A stretch of DNA of 64,000 nt from Escherichia coli (GTDB lineage: Bacteria; Pseudomonadota; Gammaproteobacteria; Enterobacterales; Enterobacteriaceae), in the NCBI RefSeq assembly GCF_016026235.1, contig NZ_CP065613.1; one strand, given 5' to 3'. The translations under genes were made by a program, and so were the position numbers. Every line of letters begins with the position of its first letter. The stretch's first letter is position 1. Positions 46,082 to 59,803 of this stretch are shown piece after piece. Under the pieces are notes generated by a model that saw only the letters and a program-made list of their open reading frames with translations, was not told the origin of the DNA and did no database searches.

Positions 46082-46332
46082 GGTATCTCCGGTTTTTCTT
46101 ATGCAGGGTAGTGCTTGAGATAAATGCTCGGCGGGGCAGTAGAGTTAATGAAGTGTTACTGAACGCCGAAGCTCACTTTTTAAAATTCGTTCTTCCATGC
46201 CCGGTAACGCTCCAGAAAACGGCTTTAATTGTTGTTATGACGCTATTACCTCGGTGAAAGTGATTATTCACTGTTACATACGGGTTACAACGTTAAAACG
46301 GTGCAATCATAGCTATCACATTGTTAAGATAC

Positions 46333-46348
46333 TGTGAAATCACTCACA
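46333..46348. promoter_or_regulatory. CRP binding site in mgl promoter region
   Basis: Perfect TGTGA-N6-TCACA motif (TGTGAAATCACTCACA). Confidence 0.6.
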
Positions 46349-46360
46349 GATTGAAAGCGG

Positions 46361-47401
46361 TTACATCGCCTGATTTGTTGAGTTAGTGATCGCTGCCGCA
46401 TTCTGGCGTGTTGCGACAGAATGGCGACGCACTAACGTCGGCATAAAACAGTGGCTGGCACGAGGATCAATATTGCCTGCTGCCCCCTGCAAGGCCAGTT
46501 CGGTGGCTAATTTCGCCATTGAAGCAATGGGATAACGCACGGTCGTTAATTGCGGGTCGGTGTAACGGGCGATGGGAATATCATCGAAACCGATGATTGA
46601 GAGATGTAACGGAATCGCAATGCCATTATCTTTTAATGCTGTCAGTGCGCCAGCAGCCATATTGTCGTTATAAGCAAATACAGCGGTAAGTTGTAGATTG
46701 CGCCCCAGCAGTTCAACCATCGCCGCCTCACCGCCCGGCATGTCCGGCGTACCAGTGCCAATCCAGCTTTCCGGCGGAATAATATCCTGCTCTTTCAACG
46801 CACTCATCCAGCCTGCTTTACGCATGGCGTCATCTTCAATGCCGTGGCTGGAAGAAAGATAACCAATACGTTGATGACCGTTATTCAGCAACATGCGCGT
46901 CGCCATTCGGGCACCGCTGAGATTATCCAGGCAAACGCAACGATGGGCGTACCCCGGCACAACGCGGTTGATTAACACCATACCGGGAATGTTATCCATA
47001 AATTGCGCCAGTTCATCGTCACTCAATGCTTTTGAGTGAACAATCAACGCATTACAACGCTGGCGAATTAACACCTCAATGGCGTGACGCTCTTTTTCCG
47101 CTTCATGATAGCTATTGCCGATTAGCACGTATTTCTGATGCTGCTGGGCGACCAGATCCACCGCTTTTACCAGCGCGCCGAAAAACGCATCAGAAACGTC
47201 CATCACCACCACGCCAATGGTGTCGCTAACCTGAGTTGCCAGCGCCTGGGCATTGGCGTTTGGCCGATAATCCAGCTCACTCACGGCTTTCATTACTGCT
47301 TCACGCGTGTCGGCACTGACCAGCGTGCTGTTATTGATCACCCGGGAAACCGTTGCCACAGAGACGCCAGCCTGACGCGCTACATCACGAATGGTGATCA
47401 T
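46361..47401 (-). CDS. galS: GalS repressor (LacI family, mgl isorepressor)
   Basis: 346 aa from [21 protein letters not shown] (LacI-type HTH). Confidence 0.95.
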   Translation of the reverse strand: MITIRDVARQAGVSVATVSRVINNSTLVSADTREAVMKAVSELDYRPNANAQALATQVSDTIGVVVMDVSDAFFGALVKAVDLVAQQHQKYVLIGNSYHEAEKERHAIEVLIRQRCNALIVHSKALSDDELAQFMDNIPGMVLINRVVPGYAHRCVCLDNLSGARMATRMLLNNGHQRIGYLSSSHGIEDDAMRKAGWMSALKEQDIIPPESWIGTGTPDMPGGEAAMVELLGRNLQLTAVFAYNDNMAAGALTALKDNGIAIPLHLSIIGFDDIPIARYTDPQLTTVRYPIASMAKLATELALQGAAGNIDPRASHCFMPTLVRRHSVATRQNAAAITNSTNQAM

Positions 47402-47487
47402 ATTCACTACCTGTTAGTAAATGACTGCTTGCTGGCGGCTATTTTGTCAGCACTGAATACAGGACTTCGTGAATCGAGTCACAGCAA

Positions 47488-47503
47488 TGGAAACGGTTAC
47501 AGC
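47488..47503. promoter_or_regulatory. candidate gal-type operator upstream of galS
   Basis: TGGAAACGGTTACAGC resembles GalR/GalS operator half-palindrome. Confidence 0.35.
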
Positions 47504-47532
47504 CGTTTTGTTAACGAATGTGATCCAGATCG

Positions 47533-48690
47533 TTATCTTGATGTTTTAGATATTGCCGTTCCGGCAGCACGCAAAGTTAACTGACGCCAGAGCCATTCCA
47601 CCGGCCCCTGGCGGAAGTAACGCAGCCAGATAACAGAGAAGAGGATATTCGCCAGCCATACCGGAATAACAAACGCCAGCAGCTCCAGGCGGTCAAAATG
47701 CATAAACAAACCGAGGTGGTAAAAAAGCATGGTACAAATCAGCGTTTGCAATAGATAGTTGGTCAGCGCCATCCGTCCGACGCAGGCGATCGCAAGCACC
47801 AGCTTAAAGCGGCTCAATTGCGGCCAGAAGCCATAAAACAGCGACGCATAGCCAATCGCCTGAAACGGCGCACTCAGTTCCCGCGGCATTTGAAGTAAGA
47901 AGGCACACCAGCGATACGCCCAGTCCAGCTGCCATTGCAGGGCGATGGCAGGAAGGTTAATGGTCACCCCAATCGCCACCAGCACAAAACCAGTACGACG
48001 ATAGTGACGTAAGCTGAACTGCCCTTTCAGCCAGCCGCTGCGCATCAGCGCCGCACCAATGAGCATCATCCCTGCCAGTTGCCAGCCATACTGTGCGCCC
48101 AGTGCCAGTAAACTGTTGCCAACACCATCGGCACGATTACTGATCGCTTCAACGCCGCCGTGAAGCTTCCAGTATTTTTCATACAAAATAGCCGATGCAT
48201 CCGGCGTCCAGGCGCGGCTGGTCTGGCTGTCGGAAATCAGCCCCAATAACAGCAAAACGCCAAGCCCCACCAGATAAAGCATGACGCCTGTATTAAACAG
48301 GCTTTTTACCGATGGCGCATCGCGCACCAGCCGCCAGCAGATTAAGCCCACCAGCCCGTAAGCCAGCAGAATATCGCCGTCCCAGAACAATAAACCGTGA
48401 ATAAAACCCAGCAAGACTAACAGCGTTAACCGCGACTGGATCCAGCGTCTGCCACGGGGCAGCAACATTTGCAGGCCCGCACCAAACAGCAGCGCAAAAA
48501 GCGTGAGGAATTTCACCTGGCCGATGAGATCGAGAAATGCCCAGGTCCATGCATCCTGCGGCGTAATAGCGCCGTACCAGGCGGGATTGAGATAAGCCGC
48601 CTTTGGTAGCCCAAAGGCGCTGATGTTTAATAGCAGGATCCCCAGAATGGCGACGCCGCGAACAAAATCGAGCGTTACGTTGCGCTCCAT
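47533..48690 (-). CDS. yeiB: DUF418-family inner membrane protein
   Basis: 385-aa polytopic protein; synteny. Confidence 0.85.
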   Translation of the reverse strand: MERNVTLDFVRGVAILGILLLNISAFGLPKAAYLNPAWYGAITPQDAWTWAFLDLIGQVKFLTLFALLFGAGLQMLLPRGRRWIQSRLTLLVLLGFIHGLLFWDGDILLAYGLVGLICWRLVRDAPSVKSLFNTGVMLYLVGLGVLLLLGLISDSQTSRAWTPDASAILYEKYWKLHGGVEAISNRADGVGNSLLALGAQYGWQLAGMMLIGAALMRSGWLKGQFSLRHYRRTGFVLVAIGVTINLPAIALQWQLDWAYRWCAFLLQMPRELSAPFQAIGYASLFYGFWPQLSRFKLVLAIACVGRMALTNYLLQTLICTMLFYHLGLFMHFDRLELLAFVIPVWLANILFSVIWLRYFRQGPVEWLWRQLTLRAAGTAISKTSR

Positions 48691-48706
48691 GGTTCCTGCC
48701 TTTTAA

Positions 48707-49375
48707 TCAGTTGTGATGACGCACAGCGCGCAGAAACTCGTGGCGCGTATTCTGACTGGATTTGAACAATCCACCAAGAGAGGTCGTTGTTGTGGCACTG
48801 GTTGCATCGCGGATGCCACGCGCTTTCACGCAGTAATGCACCGCATCAATGGAGACAGCCACGTTATTGGTGCCCAGCAGCGTTTGTAGCGCAATAAGAA
48901 TTTGCTGCGTCAGACGTTCCTGCACCTGCGGACGCTGGGCAAAGAACTGCACGATACGGTTAATTTTTGACAGACCGATCACCGAATCTTTCGGGATATA
49001 AGCCACCGTCGCTTTGCCATCGATGGTAACAAAATGGTGTTCACAGGTACTGGTCAGAGTGATATCGCGCACGGTGACCATTTCATCGACCTTCATTTTG
49101 TTTTCAATGAGGGTGATTTTCGGGAAGTTGGCGTAATCCAGACCGGAGAAAATTTCATCGACATACATTTTAGCGATGCGATGCGGCGTTTCCATCAAAC
49201 TGTCATCAGCCAGGTCGAGATTCAGCAGCTGCATGATTTCGGTCATATGACCAGCAATAAGGCTTTTGCGCGTTTCGTTATCCATTTCATGCACGGGCGG
49301 GCGCAGCGGTGTTTCCAGTCCTCGCGCAACTAACGCTTCATGAACCAGGGCCGCTTCTTTACTGAGTGATGGCAT
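48707..49375 (-). CDS. folE: GTP cyclohydrolase I
   Basis: 222 aa (…[21 protein letters not shown]…). Confidence 0.95.
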
Positions 49376-49599
49376 TTATGATTTCTCCTGCAGGTGTGAC
49401 GCCTCCGCCCTGCGTGGGGGCAAAGTTATTAAGCTGATTTACAGCCTGATTATTGTGCGTGAGGCGGCGCACATAATCCAGTATTCACAGCGATAATTAT
49501 TGTAATTGCCGCTGCCTTTCATCAGCAGATGTTAAAACATCGTTATGCAAATACGGAAGTGAAAGTTACTCACAGCACATTGAATAAACGGTATGATGA

Positions 49600-50469
<870 letters not shown>

Positions 50470-50474
50470 AAGTC

Positions 50475-50490
50475 CGCCCGGTTCGCCGGG
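50475..50490. terminator. putative bidirectional terminator between yeiG and cirA
   Basis: Palindrome GCCCGG-TTC-GCCGGGC between convergent genes. Confidence 0.45.
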
Positions 50491-50500
50491 CATCTTCTCA

Positions 50501-52480
50501 TCAGAAGCGATAATCCACTGCCATAAAGTAACGACGTCCGTCTTCGTTATAGCTGTAGTCGTCACGACTGAGATCCTTGTTGCCAAGGTTCAGCACGCCT
50601 GCGCGCAGTTTGACGTCTTTAGTCACCTGCCAGGCCGCTCCGGTATTCCAGATGGTATAACCGCCAGGTGTTTTAGCCGTCGCGCTGTCGGCTCGTTTCT
50701 GCCCGGTATAGTGACCAGAAACATAGAATGACCAGTCTTCCAGCGCCAGCGGTTTCCAGTCCAACGTACCGTTAGCGGTATGGAACGGCAGATCAGATAG
50801 CGGTTTATTTTCGCCGTTGCTGACATCACGACCATCGTTGTAGGTGTAGTTGAGTGACAGTTTCCATTCATCGTTGAACGGAATTTTCAGCTCGGTTTCC
50901 ACGCCCTGAATACGTGCTTTGTTAACGTTGTAGTAGCTAAATACCGGCACACCGTTCGCTGTAAAACCAACAAAGTTTTGGTAGCCCGGTGCAGCATTGA
51001 CGTCAGACGTACGGCTGATGCTGATACGATCTTTCACATCGTTACGGAAAACGGTAACGCTGGATTCAACCCCTTCCAGCCAGCCTTCTTCACCCATGTA
51101 GTAAAGCCCCAGCTCCCAACTTTCGCTGGTTTCTGGTTTCAGATCCGGGCTACCCACAATCTTACATGCGCCACGGCAGGAATTGCTCGTCCAGTCAGGG
51201 CTAAGTTGCAACAGAGAAGGTGCTTTAAATGCCGTCGCCCAGCCCCCTTTCACCGTTACGGTGTCGGTGGCGTTATAAACCAGGTAAGCACGCGGACTCC
51301 AGTGTTCACCGTAGGTTTCATGATCGTCCATACGTACGCCGGTCGTCAGCGCCAGCGGCTCGAAGATCCGCCATTCATCTTCCACAAACAGCGCGTACTG
51401 GCTGGCAGACGTTTTGGAGCTGGTTCCCCCGGTCAGGTTCACCGCATCGCTAAGTTTGTCGTGACGCCATTCACCGCCAACCGTGAGAAACTGATTAATC
51501 GCCGTCAGCGGCAACGTGTATTTGCCGTCGACCGTATTGCTTTCGGAAGTTATCGGGCTGCTGTTGCCAGGGTTTTTGTTCTCGACTTTCTCACCGTAGT
51601 ATTTCAGTTCGCTGGTGCCGTAATCCCAACGCCCATTATGGCTGACGGAGTAGTTCTGGCGTTCCAGGCGGTTTTTGTCCAGCGAGTCGGAATCACGATC
51701 CTGACGGTCGAAACCGTATCCGGCAGTAAAATCGTGATTTTGATTCGGTGTCCAGGCAAATTCGACATTGCCGTCGCGGCTGGAGAATCCTTCAATACGC
51801 GGCGTATCTCCGGTATCGGTGGTCGTTGAGTTTTGCGGGTCATCCTTTTCACGTTTTGCCAGGCTGCCGTAAGCTTTCATTCCCAGCACACCATCAATTA
51901 ATGGTCCACTGGTAAAGAACTGACCGTTATAGGTATCACCGCGATCGCGATGTTCCTGAATGGTGGTATCGACGGTAACGGTACCCGACCATTTCTGACC
52001 GATTTTTTTGGTGATGATATTCACTACACCGCCGAGCGCATCGGAACCGTACAGCGACGACATCGGGCCACGGACCACTTCAATACGTTCGATGGAATCG
52101 ACCGGGATCCAGTTCAGATCGAAATCATTGTGGCGGAAGACGGCATTGCGGGAGTTAACGCGTTTACCGTCGACAAGAATCAGGGTGTAGCTGCTGTCCA
52201 GACCACGAATACTAACGCCCTTACGGTTATCCCCTTCGTTCGTCAGTTGTACGCCAGGCACTTCTTTGAGGACATCCTTCAGATTCTGTACCGGTTTTCG
52301 CTGCAGGTCTTCCTGGGTAATGACGCTGATACTGGCGGGTGCATCTTTAAGGTTTTGTTCAACGGAAGATGCAGTGACAACCATCGTTTCGCCATCATCA
52401 TCGACCGCTAACACAGGCCATGCACAAGAAATAGCGGACAAACACAGCCCGACCCGTACGAAAGGGTTCAACCTAAACAT
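50501..52480 (-). CDS. cirA: TonB-dependent catecholate siderophore/colicin I receptor
   Basis: 659 aa, signal peptide, TonB box, C-terminal …AVDYRF. Confidence 0.95.
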   Translation of the reverse strand: MFRLNPFVRVGLCLSAISCAWPVLAVDDDGETMVVTASSVEQNLKDAPASISVITQEDLQRKPVQNLKDVLKEVPGVQLTNEGDNRKGVSIRGLDSSYTLILVDGKRVNSRNAVFRHNDFDLNWIPVDSIERIEVVRGPMSSLYGSDALGGVVNIITKKIGQKWSGTVTVDTTIQEHRDRGDTYNGQFFTSGPLIDGVLGMKAYGSLAKREKDDPQNSTTTDTGDTPRIEGFSSRDGNVEFAWTPNQNHDFTAGYGFDRQDRDSDSLDKNRLERQNYSVSHNGRWDYGTSELKYYGEKVENKNPGNSSPITSESNTVDGKYTLPLTAINQFLTVGGEWRHDKLSDAVNLTGGTSSKTSASQYALFVEDEWRIFEPLALTTGVRMDDHETYGEHWSPRAYLVYNATDTVTVKGGWATAFKAPSLLQLSPDWTSNSCRGACKIVGSPDLKPETSESWELGLYYMGEEGWLEGVESSVTVFRNDVKDRISISRTSDVNAAPGYQNFVGFTANGVPVFSYYNVNKARIQGVETELKIPFNDEWKLSLNYTYNDGRDVSNGENKPLSDLPFHTANGTLDWKPLALEDWSFYVSGHYTGQKRADSATAKTPGGYTIWNTGAAWQVTKDVKLRAGVLNLGNKDLSRDDYSYNEDGRRYFMAVDYRF

Positions 52481-52649
52481 TCCATATCTCCATGAGGTAA
52501 CTACGAAAATAAAATGGGTTATCGCTCACATCTTCTTCACGTCCCCTTGCGTACGGCAGCATCGCGGTGGACTTATTTGTATGCAGGTGATCATCCCAGA
52601 AAGCCGGACCAGCCTCTGATTTGTCAGCCTTTTTTGATTGCGGCGTAAC

Positions 52650-52676
52650 GATAATGCAAACGATAACAATTATCAA
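52650..52676. promoter_or_regulatory. Fur box in cirA promoter region
   Basis: GATAATGCAAACGATAACAATTATC matches Fur consensus GATAATGATAATCATTATC at most positions. Confidence 0.55.
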
Positions 52677-52771
52677 TCCAAATGTTAAATTTTATATCCG
52701 CATGATTTGTCAGGGAAATGGAATTGAAAAAGCCCTCTCGGTTGAGAGGGCTTAGCAAGGAAGGGAGAAAC

Positions 52772-54241
52772 TTATTTCTTATCGTTCTGCGGGAACTTCA
52801 TTTCGCTGTAGCGTACGAAGTGGGTTCCTTTAATCAGCTTGTAGCCGAACCAAATAATCAGGAACAGCGGGATACCAATATACGTTGCCGCTACGCCGCC
52901 CCAGTCAATGGTATCTTTAAGGAACGCTTCGTAGTTCTGGCCCAAAGTGATAATCAGACACAGAATGAATGCGAAGATCGGCCCCAATGGGAAGAAACCT
53001 GAACGGTACGGCAGATCGTTAATGTCGTGTCCCTGCAATACGTAACCGCGACGGAAGCGATAGTGGCTAATGGCAATCCCCAGCCAGGCGATAAAACCGG
53101 TCATCCCGGAGGTATTCAGCAGCCACAGGTATACCGTCTGGTTGCCAAACATGGAGGTCAGGAAGCACAGACCGGCAATCACCGTCGTCGCATACAGCGC
53201 ATTACGCGGCACGCCACCACGCGACAGTTTAGCGAAAATGCGCGGCGCTTTACCGTCACACGCCAGGGTGTACAGCATACGAGTAGACGCATACATACCG
53301 GAGTTACCCGCTGACAGCACCGCCGTCAGAATAACTGCGTTCATCACCGCCGCCGCAGAGAGCAGACCCGCGTGCTGGAACACCAGGGTGAACGGACTAA
53401 CGCTGATGTCTTTAACATCGTTACGCAGCAGGCTCGGATCGGTGTACGGAATAATCAGGCTGATAATCAGGATCGCGAACACATAGAACAACAGGATTCG
53501 CCAGAACACCTGACGTACCGCGCGTGGAATGTTTTTCGCCGGATCTTCGGACTCGCCTGCAGCAATACCGATCAGCTCGGTTCCCTGGAAAGAGAAGCCG
53601 ACAATCATAGCTACGCCGATCATCGCCGCAAAACCACCAGCAAACGGCGCTTCGCCGATTGTCCAGTTGCTCCAGCCCGCAGGCTGCGCGCCTTTGAAGA
53701 TACCGATAATCATCAGCACGCCAACGATGATAAAGACAATAACTGTCGTGACTTTGATCAGTGAGAACCAGTATTCCGCTTCACCAAAGCCGCGAACAGA
53801 GATGTAGTTCAGCAGGAAGATAACGCCGAGGAACAACGCACTCCAGATCCAGCCCGGTGTATCCGGGAACCACCAGCTCATGACCAGCTGAGCTGCAACC
53901 AGGTCAACGGCAATAGTCACCGCCCAGTTGTACCAGTAGTTCCAGCCCAGCGCGAAGCCAAAGCCCTCTTCAACATAGTTCTGACCGTAAGTGGCAAACG
54001 AACCGGAAACCGGCATATATGCAGCCAGTTCACCGAGACTGGTCATCAGGAAGTAAACCATCAGGCCAATCAACATATACGAGAGCAATGCCCCGCCCGG
54101 ACCTGCCTGAGAAATCGTTGCGCCAGAGGCAACAAAAAGACCTGTACCGATGGAACCGCCAATGGCAATCATCGTCAGGTGACGCGCCTTTAATTCACGG
54201 CGTAAGCCCGGCGCTTCTGTGGTTTTAGTTTCGGAAACCAT
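52772..54241 (-). CDS. lysP: lysine-specific permease
   Basis: 489-aa APC-family transporter. Confidence 0.95.
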   Translation of the reverse strand: MVSETKTTEAPGLRRELKARHLTMIAIGGSIGTGLFVASGATISQAGPGGALLSYMLIGLMVYFLMTSLGELAAYMPVSGSFATYGQNYVEEGFGFALGWNYWYNWAVTIAVDLVAAQLVMSWWFPDTPGWIWSALFLGVIFLLNYISVRGFGEAEYWFSLIKVTTVIVFIIVGVLMIIGIFKGAQPAGWSNWTIGEAPFAGGFAAMIGVAMIVGFSFQGTELIGIAAGESEDPAKNIPRAVRQVFWRILLFYVFAILIISLIIPYTDPSLLRNDVKDISVSPFTLVFQHAGLLSAAAVMNAVILTAVLSAGNSGMYASTRMLYTLACDGKAPRIFAKLSRGGVPRNALYATTVIAGLCFLTSMFGNQTVYLWLLNTSGMTGFIAWLGIAISHYRFRRGYVLQGHDINDLPYRSGFFPLGPIFAFILCLIITLGQNYEAFLKDTIDWGGVAATYIGIPLFLIIWFGYKLIKGTHFVRYSEMKFPQNDKK

Positions 54242-54445
54242 ACAAAAATGCTATCCATCTAAAAAATGAGGCGCGATTGTAGCAGACGATTGGCAATTCT
54301 TCCGGCAGAAATACACGGTTATAAGACACCTTCATGATCGCCCAGGGATTATAAGTAAAGCAGCCAATCTCTTTTCTGGCGAATGCATGCTGAAGGCGCT
54401 GCGTCACGAAATCGACACAGCACCAGCATGTTCTTGTACAGCAAC

Positions 54446-55327
54446 TTAACGCGGCACATTTGCGGGATCGCAATAGTCCAGAAAGCGCCGTAGCGCGTTG
54501 GAAAGGTGTTTTTGCCGATGATGTATACGCCACAACGTACGCATCAGGCGCGGCAGAGGGACCGCAACTTCACTTAATGTGCCTGCCTGCAATTGATCTT
54601 CAATCACCCGTCGCGACAGGCAACTAATTCCCAACCCATGACGCACCGCATGTTTGATTGCCTCGGAGTTACCTAATTCCATCGCCATCTCAAACTTCGG
54701 TAAATGTGACAGCAACAGATAATCGACAATCTCCCGCGTGCCGGAGCCGCGTTCACGCAGGATCCACGGCGCAGCGGCCAGCTGTTCTAAGGTGACCGGA
54801 CCACGGGCAAACGGCGAAGTCGGCGCGGCGAAAACCACCAGCTCGTCTTCCAGCCACGGTTCAGAAATGATTTCAGTGCTGTGGCACGGTCCTTCAATAA
54901 AGCCAATATCAACGCGGAAATCCAGCACCGCTTGCATCACGTCCTGGCTGTTCCCAACGCTAAGTTCAATCGGCAACTGCGGATAATCATGGCGATAACG
55001 GGCGATAACTGCAGACAGAATGTAGTTACCGATGGTACTACTGGCATAGATACGAATCGCGCCGTTGTCTTCGCGAAACAGTTGTTCGATTTCAACCGCC
55101 TGTTCAAGCAATGCCAACGCACGCGGATAGAGCAGCCGCCCGTGTTCATTAACAACCAGTCTTTTCCCCACGCGATCAAACAGTTGCACGCCAAGCTGCC
55201 CTTCCAGGTCGGTCAAGGCTGCGCTCACTGCTGATTGCGACAACGCCAGCATCACCGACGCCTGGGTGGTTGATCCACTTTTCAATACTTCTGCAAAAAC
55301 TTCCAACTGCCGGAGGGTGATGTGCAT
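54446..55327 (-). CDS. yeiE: LysR-type transcriptional regulator
   Basis: N-terminal LysR HTH ([24 protein letters not shown]…); divergent from yeiH. Confidence 0.9.
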   Translation of the reverse strand: MHITLRQLEVFAEVLKSGSTTQASVMLALSQSAVSAALTDLEGQLGVQLFDRVGKRLVVNEHGRLLYPRALALLEQAVEIEQLFREDNGAIRIYASSTIGNYILSAVIARYRHDYPQLPIELSVGNSQDVMQAVLDFRVDIGFIEGPCHSTEIISEPWLEDELVVFAAPTSPFARGPVTLEQLAAAPWILRERGSGTREIVDYLLLSHLPKFEMAMELGNSEAIKHAVRHGLGISCLSRRVIEDQLQAGTLSEVAVPLPRLMRTLWRIHHRQKHLSNALRRFLDYCDPANVPR

Positions 55328-55425
55328 AGTCGCTTACCACTTATAAAGATTAATTATAAATATATAATCAATTTTATTTTTAAACCAGTTAGTCGTAACC
55401 TTATGCCCGGTTAAAGGAGAGGGTT

Positions 55426-56475
55426 ATGACGAATATCACCTTACAGAAACAACATCGTACACTGTGGCATTTTATTCTGGGGTTAGCCCTGAGTGCAGTT
55501 ATCACCGGGGTCGCCCTGTGGGGTGGTTCCATTCCCGCGGTTGCGGGTGCCGGGTTTAGTGCCCTCACCCTCGCAATCTTGTTGGGGATGGTTTTAGGCA
55601 ACACCATCTATCCGCACATCTGGAAAAGCTGTGACGGTGGTGTGCTGTTTGCCAAGCAATATTTATTACGTCTGGGTATCATTCTTTATGGCTTCCGTCT
55701 GACGTTCTCGCAAATTGCCGATGTCGGTATCAGTGGGATCATCATTGACGTGTTGACGCTGTCCAGTACCTTCCTGCTGGCTTGCTTCCTGGGGCAGAAA
55801 GTGTTTGGTCTGGATAAGCACACCAGCTGGTTGATCGGTGCCGGTAGCAGTATCTGTGGTGCTGCCGCGGTACTGGCGACTGAGCCGGTAGTGAAAGCGG
55901 AAGCCAGTAAAGTAACCGTGGCTGTTGCAACCGTTGTTATCTTCGGGACCGTCGCGATTTTCCTCTACCCGGCGATATATCCGCTGATGTCTCAATGGGT
56001 TAGTCCGGAAACTTTCGGTATCTACATTGGTTCTACTGTGCACGAAGTGGCGCAGGTGGTGGCGGCAGGTCATGCCATCAGCCCGGATGCAGAAAACGCA
56101 GCAGTTATTTCCAAAATGCTGCGCGTGATGATGCTGGCTCCGTTCCTCATCCTGCTGGCGGCGCGTGTTAAACAGCTGTCTGGGGCGAACAGCGGCGAGA
56201 AAAGCAAAATCACTATTCCGTGGTTTGCCATCTTGTTCATCGTAGTTGCCATCTTTAACTCGTTCCACCTGTTACCGCAGAGCGTGGTGAACATGCTGGT
56301 AACGCTGGATACCTTCCTGCTGGCAATGGCGATGGCGGCGCTGGGTCTGACCACTCACGTCAGCGCGCTGAAAAAAGCCGGGGCGAAACCTCTGCTGATG
56401 GCACTGGTACTGTTTGCCTGGCTGATTGTTGGTGGTGGTGCGATTAACTATGTGATTCAAAGCGTCATCGCATAA
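55426..56475 (+). CDS. yeiH: UPF0324 inner membrane protein
   Basis: 349-aa polytopic protein. Confidence 0.85.
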   Translation: MTNITLQKQHRTLWHFILGLALSAVITGVALWGGSIPAVAGAGFSALTLAILLGMVLGNTIYPHIWKSCDGGVLFAKQYLLRLGIILYGFRLTFSQIADVGISGIIIDVLTLSSTFLLACFLGQKVFGLDKHTSWLIGAGSSICGAAAVLATEPVVKAEASKVTVAVATVVIFGTVAIFLYPAIYPLMSQWVSPETFGIYIGSTVHEVAQVVAAGHAISPDAENAAVISKMLRVMMLAPFLILLAARVKQLSGANSGEKSKITIPWFAILFIVVAIFNSFHLLPQSVVNMLVTLDTFLLAMAMAALGLTTHVSALKKAGAKPLLMALVLFAWLIVGGGAINYVIQSVIA

Positions 56476-56548
56476 ACCACTACATCTTGCTCCTGTTAAC
56501 CCGCTATCATTACCGTTTTCCTCCAGCGGGTTTAACAGGAGTCCTCGC

Positions 56549-57406
56549 ATGAAATACATTGGAGCGCACGTTAGTGCTGCTGGCGGTCTGGCAAATGCCG
56601 CAATTCGCGCCGCCGAAATCGACGCAACCGCGTTTGCCTTGTTCACCAAAAACCAACGTCAGTGGCGTGCCGCACCGCTCACGACGCAAACCATCGATGA
56701 ATTCAAAGCCGCCTGTGAAAAATATCACTACACATCGGCGCAAATTCTTCCCCACGACAGTTATCTGATTAACCTCGGACATCCGGTCACTGAAGCTCTG
56801 GAAAAATCGCGCGATGCCTTTATAGATGAAATGCAGCGTTGCGAACAGCTGGGGCTTTCTTTGCTCAACTTCCACCCTGGCAGCCATCTGATGCAGATTT
56901 CAGAAGAGGATTGCCTTGCGCGTATTGCCGAATCCATCAACATTGCGCTGGATAAAACTCAAGGTGTGACTGCGGTGATTGAAAACACCGCCGGTCAGGG
57001 CAGTAACTTAGGGTTTAAATTCGAACATCTCGCGGCGATTATCGACGGCGTGGAAGATAAATCCCGTGTCGGCGTCTGCATTGATACCTGCCATGCTTTC
57101 GCTGCCGGGTATGATTTGCGTACTCCAGCCGAATGCGAGAAAACGTTCGCTGATTTTGCCCGTATTGTCGGCTTTAAGTATCTGCGCGGGATGCACCTTA
57201 ACGATGCGAAAAGCACCTTTGGCAGCCGCGTTGACCGCCATCATAGCCTCGGTGCAGGCAATATCGGTCATGATGCGTTCCGCTGGATCATGCAGGACGA
57301 CCGTTTCGACGGCATTCCGCTGATCCTTGAAACCATCAACCCGGATATCTGGGCAGAAGAGATCGCCTGGCTGAAAGCGCAACAAACTGAAAAAGCGGTA
57401 GCCTGA
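56549..57406 (+). CDS. nfo: endonuclease IV
   Basis: 285 aa, AP-endonuclease family 2. Confidence 0.95.
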   Translation: MKYIGAHVSAAGGLANAAIRAAEIDATAFALFTKNQRQWRAAPLTTQTIDEFKAACEKYHYTSAQILPHDSYLINLGHPVTEALEKSRDAFIDEMQRCEQLGLSLLNFHPGSHLMQISEEDCLARIAESINIALDKTQGVTAVIENTAGQGSNLGFKFEHLAAIIDGVEDKSRVGVCIDTCHAFAAGYDLRTPAECEKTFADFARIVGFKYLRGMHLNDAKSTFGSRVDRHHSLGAGNIGHDAFRWIMQDDRFDGIPLILETINPDIWAEEIAWLKAQQTEKAVA

Positions 57407-57408
57407 AG

Positions 57409-58497
57409 ATGAATAACCGGGAAAAGGAGATCCTTGCAATTTTACGGCGTAACCCGCTGATTCAGCAGAACGAAATTGCGGACATGCTGCAAATCAGTCG
57501 TTCGCGCGTTGCGGCGCATATTATGGATTTAATGCGCAAAGGCCGGATTAAAGGCAAAGGTTACATTCTCACCGAGCAGGAATACTGCGTAGTGGTGGGG
57601 ACAATCAATATGGATATTCGCGGGATGGCGGATATCCATTACCCACAAGCGGCTTCTCATCCCGGTACAATTCATTGCTCGGCGGGCGGCGTGGGTCGCA
57701 ACATCGCCCACAATCTGGCGCTGTTAGGCCGTGACGTCCATTTGCTTTCAGTGATTGGCGATGACTTTTATGGCGAAATGCTCCTGGAAGAAACGCGCCG
57801 TGCCGGCGTGAATGTCTCCGGCTGCGTTCGTTTGCATGGTCAAAGCACATCGACGTATCTGGCAATTGCCAATCGAGACGATCAAACCGTGCTGGCGATT
57901 AACGATACCCATCTGCTGGAACAGTTGACACCGCAACTACTGAACGGGTCGCGCGATTTACTTCGTCATGCGGGCGTGGTACTGGCTGATTGCAACCTGA
58001 CAGCCGAGGCGCTGGAATGGGTCTTTACCCTCGCTGATGAAATCCCGGTGTTTGTCGATACCGTTTCAGAATTCAAAGCGGGCAAAATCAAACACTGGCT
58101 GGCGCATATTCACACCCTGAAACCCACTTTACCGGAGCTGGAAATTTTATGGGGACAGGCGATCACCAGCGATGCTGACCGTAATGCCGCAGTGAATGCA
58201 TTGCATCAGCAAGGTGTTCAGCAACTGTTTGTTTATTTGCCCGATGAGTCAGTTTATTGCAGCGAAAAGGATGGAGAACAATTTTTGCTGACCGCGCCAG
58301 CGCATACGACAGTAGACAGTTTTGGTGCTGACGATGGTTTTATGGCGGGCCTGGTATATAGCTTTCTTGAAGGATACAGTTTCCGCGACAGCGCCCGTTT
58401 TGCGGTAGCCTGCGCGGCAATTTCGCGCGCCAGCGGCAGCTTAAACAACCCTACCCTGTCTGCCGATAACGCGCTTTCATTAGTGCCAATGGTGTAA
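57409..58497 (+). CDS. yeiI: PfkB-family sugar kinase with N-terminal HTH
   Basis: 362 aa; ribokinase-like fold. Confidence 0.85.
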   Translation: MNNREKEILAILRRNPLIQQNEIADMLQISRSRVAAHIMDLMRKGRIKGKGYILTEQEYCVVVGTINMDIRGMADIHYPQAASHPGTIHCSAGGVGRNIAHNLALLGRDVHLLSVIGDDFYGEMLLEETRRAGVNVSGCVRLHGQSTSTYLAIANRDDQTVLAINDTHLLEQLTPQLLNGSRDLLRHAGVVLADCNLTAEALEWVFTLADEIPVFVDTVSEFKAGKIKHWLAHIHTLKPTLPELEILWGQAITSDADRNAAVNALHQQGVQQLFVYLPDESVYCSEKDGEQFLLTAPAHTTVDSFGADDGFMAGLVYSFLEGYSFRDSARFAVACAAISRASGSLNNPTLSADNALSLVPMV

Positions 58498-58502
58498 CAA
58501 TG

Positions 58503-58540
58503 TTGCCGGATTCGACGCTTGACCGCATCTTATCCGGCTC
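58503..58540. repeat. REP element
   Basis: GCCGGATTCGACGCTTGACCGCATCTTATCCGGC. Confidence 0.5.
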
Positions 58541-58552
58541 ATAAATTGCGCA

Positions 58553-59803
58553 CTACGCTAAACCAATAAAGAATCCTGCAATAGTAGCACTCATCAGGTT
58601 AGAAAGTGTCGCCGCCGCCAGCGCGCGTAAACCAAGTTGGGCGATTTCCGGCGCACGGTGTGGCGCAACCGCAGAAAACGCCCCCACCACCACCCCGATA
58701 GAACCAAAGTTAGCGAAACCGCACAACGCGAAAGAAATAATCGCCACGGTTTTAGCATCCAGAGTGCCACCCGTTTGCAGATATGGCGAGAAATTGAGAT
58801 AAGCGATAAATTCATTGATCGCCAGCTTCTGCCCAATCAAACTCTCGGCAAGATTTGCATCACTCCAGTCAACCCCCATCACCCACGCCAATGGGGCCAA
58901 CAGGTAACCTAAAATGGACTCCAGCGAGGCATGTGCAAAACCAAACCAGCCGCCAACGCCGCCGATAATACCATTAATTAACGCAATGATGGCGACAAAT
59001 GCCATAACAACTGTCGCTACACCGGCGGCGATTTTCAGCCCGGTCATTGCCCCTGTCGCAGCGGCTTCAATAATGCTTTTTGGCGGTGTTTCGGTGAAAG
59101 AGAGGTTATTAAAGGAAACCTGCGAAGATTCCGTAGCCGGGCTTAACAGGCGGGCAAACAAGATCCCGCCTGGGATCGCCATTAACGATGCCGCCAGCAA
59201 ATATTCCACAGGTACGCCCAGGGCGGCGTAACCAATCATTGTCGAACCAGCAATCGAGGCCATGCCACTACAAATCGCTGTAAATAATTCATTGCGATTC
59301 AGACGATCGATAAAGGGTTTGACGATCGCCGGAATTTCGTTTTGCCCGAGGAAAATGGTGGTGACCGCGACGAATGACTCAATCTTGCTGATATTTAATG
59401 CTTTCTGGAATATACCGCCGAGAATGCGAATTAAAATCCCCATCACACCGATGTAGTAGAGAATACTCACCAGTGCAGTGACGAAGATAATTACCGGTAA
59501 TACCCTGAAACCAAAGATAAATCCTGCGCCATCAAACAGCGTGTCCATTTTCGGCCCGACCAGCGAACCGAAGATAAATGCGCTACCCGCGTCGCTGTAC
59601 GCCATCACTTTATGCACGCCAAAAGCGACTTTTTCAGCGACCCAACACCCTGGCGGTAACCAAAGCATAATCCCGCCAATCACGACCTGTAACACTAACG
59701 CCGCGCCAACGGTACGCAGGCTGATCTTCTTCTTGTTTACTGACAGTAAAAACGCAATCGTCAGCAATACCACCATTCCCAGAACACTTCTCATGACATC
59801 CAT
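58553..59803 (-). CDS. nupX: NupC-family nucleoside permease
   Basis: 416 aa; paralog of psuT. Confidence 0.9.
   Translation of the reverse strand: MDVMRSVLGMVVLLTIAFLLSVNKKKISLRTVGAALVLQVVIGGIMLWLPPGCWVAEKVAFGVHKVMAYSDAGSAFIFGSLVGPKMDTLFDGAGFIFGFRVLPVIIFVTALVSILYYIGVMGILIRILGGIFQKALNISKIESFVAVTTIFLGQNEIPAIVKPFIDRLNRNELFTAICSGMASIAGSTMIGYAALGVPVEYLLAASLMAIPGGILFARLLSPATESSQVSFNNLSFTETPPKSIIEAAATGAMTGLKIAAGVATVVMAFVAIIALINGIIGGVGGWFGFAHASLESILGYLLAPLAWVMGVDWSDANLAESLIGQKLAINEFIAYLNFSPYLQTGGTLDAKTVAIISFALCGFANFGSIGVVVGAFSAVAPHRAPEIAQLGLRALAAATLSNLMSATIAGFFIGLA

Noticed and set aside
50978-51829. 283-aa plus-strand ORF
   Set aside because: Antisense shadow ORF inside cirA
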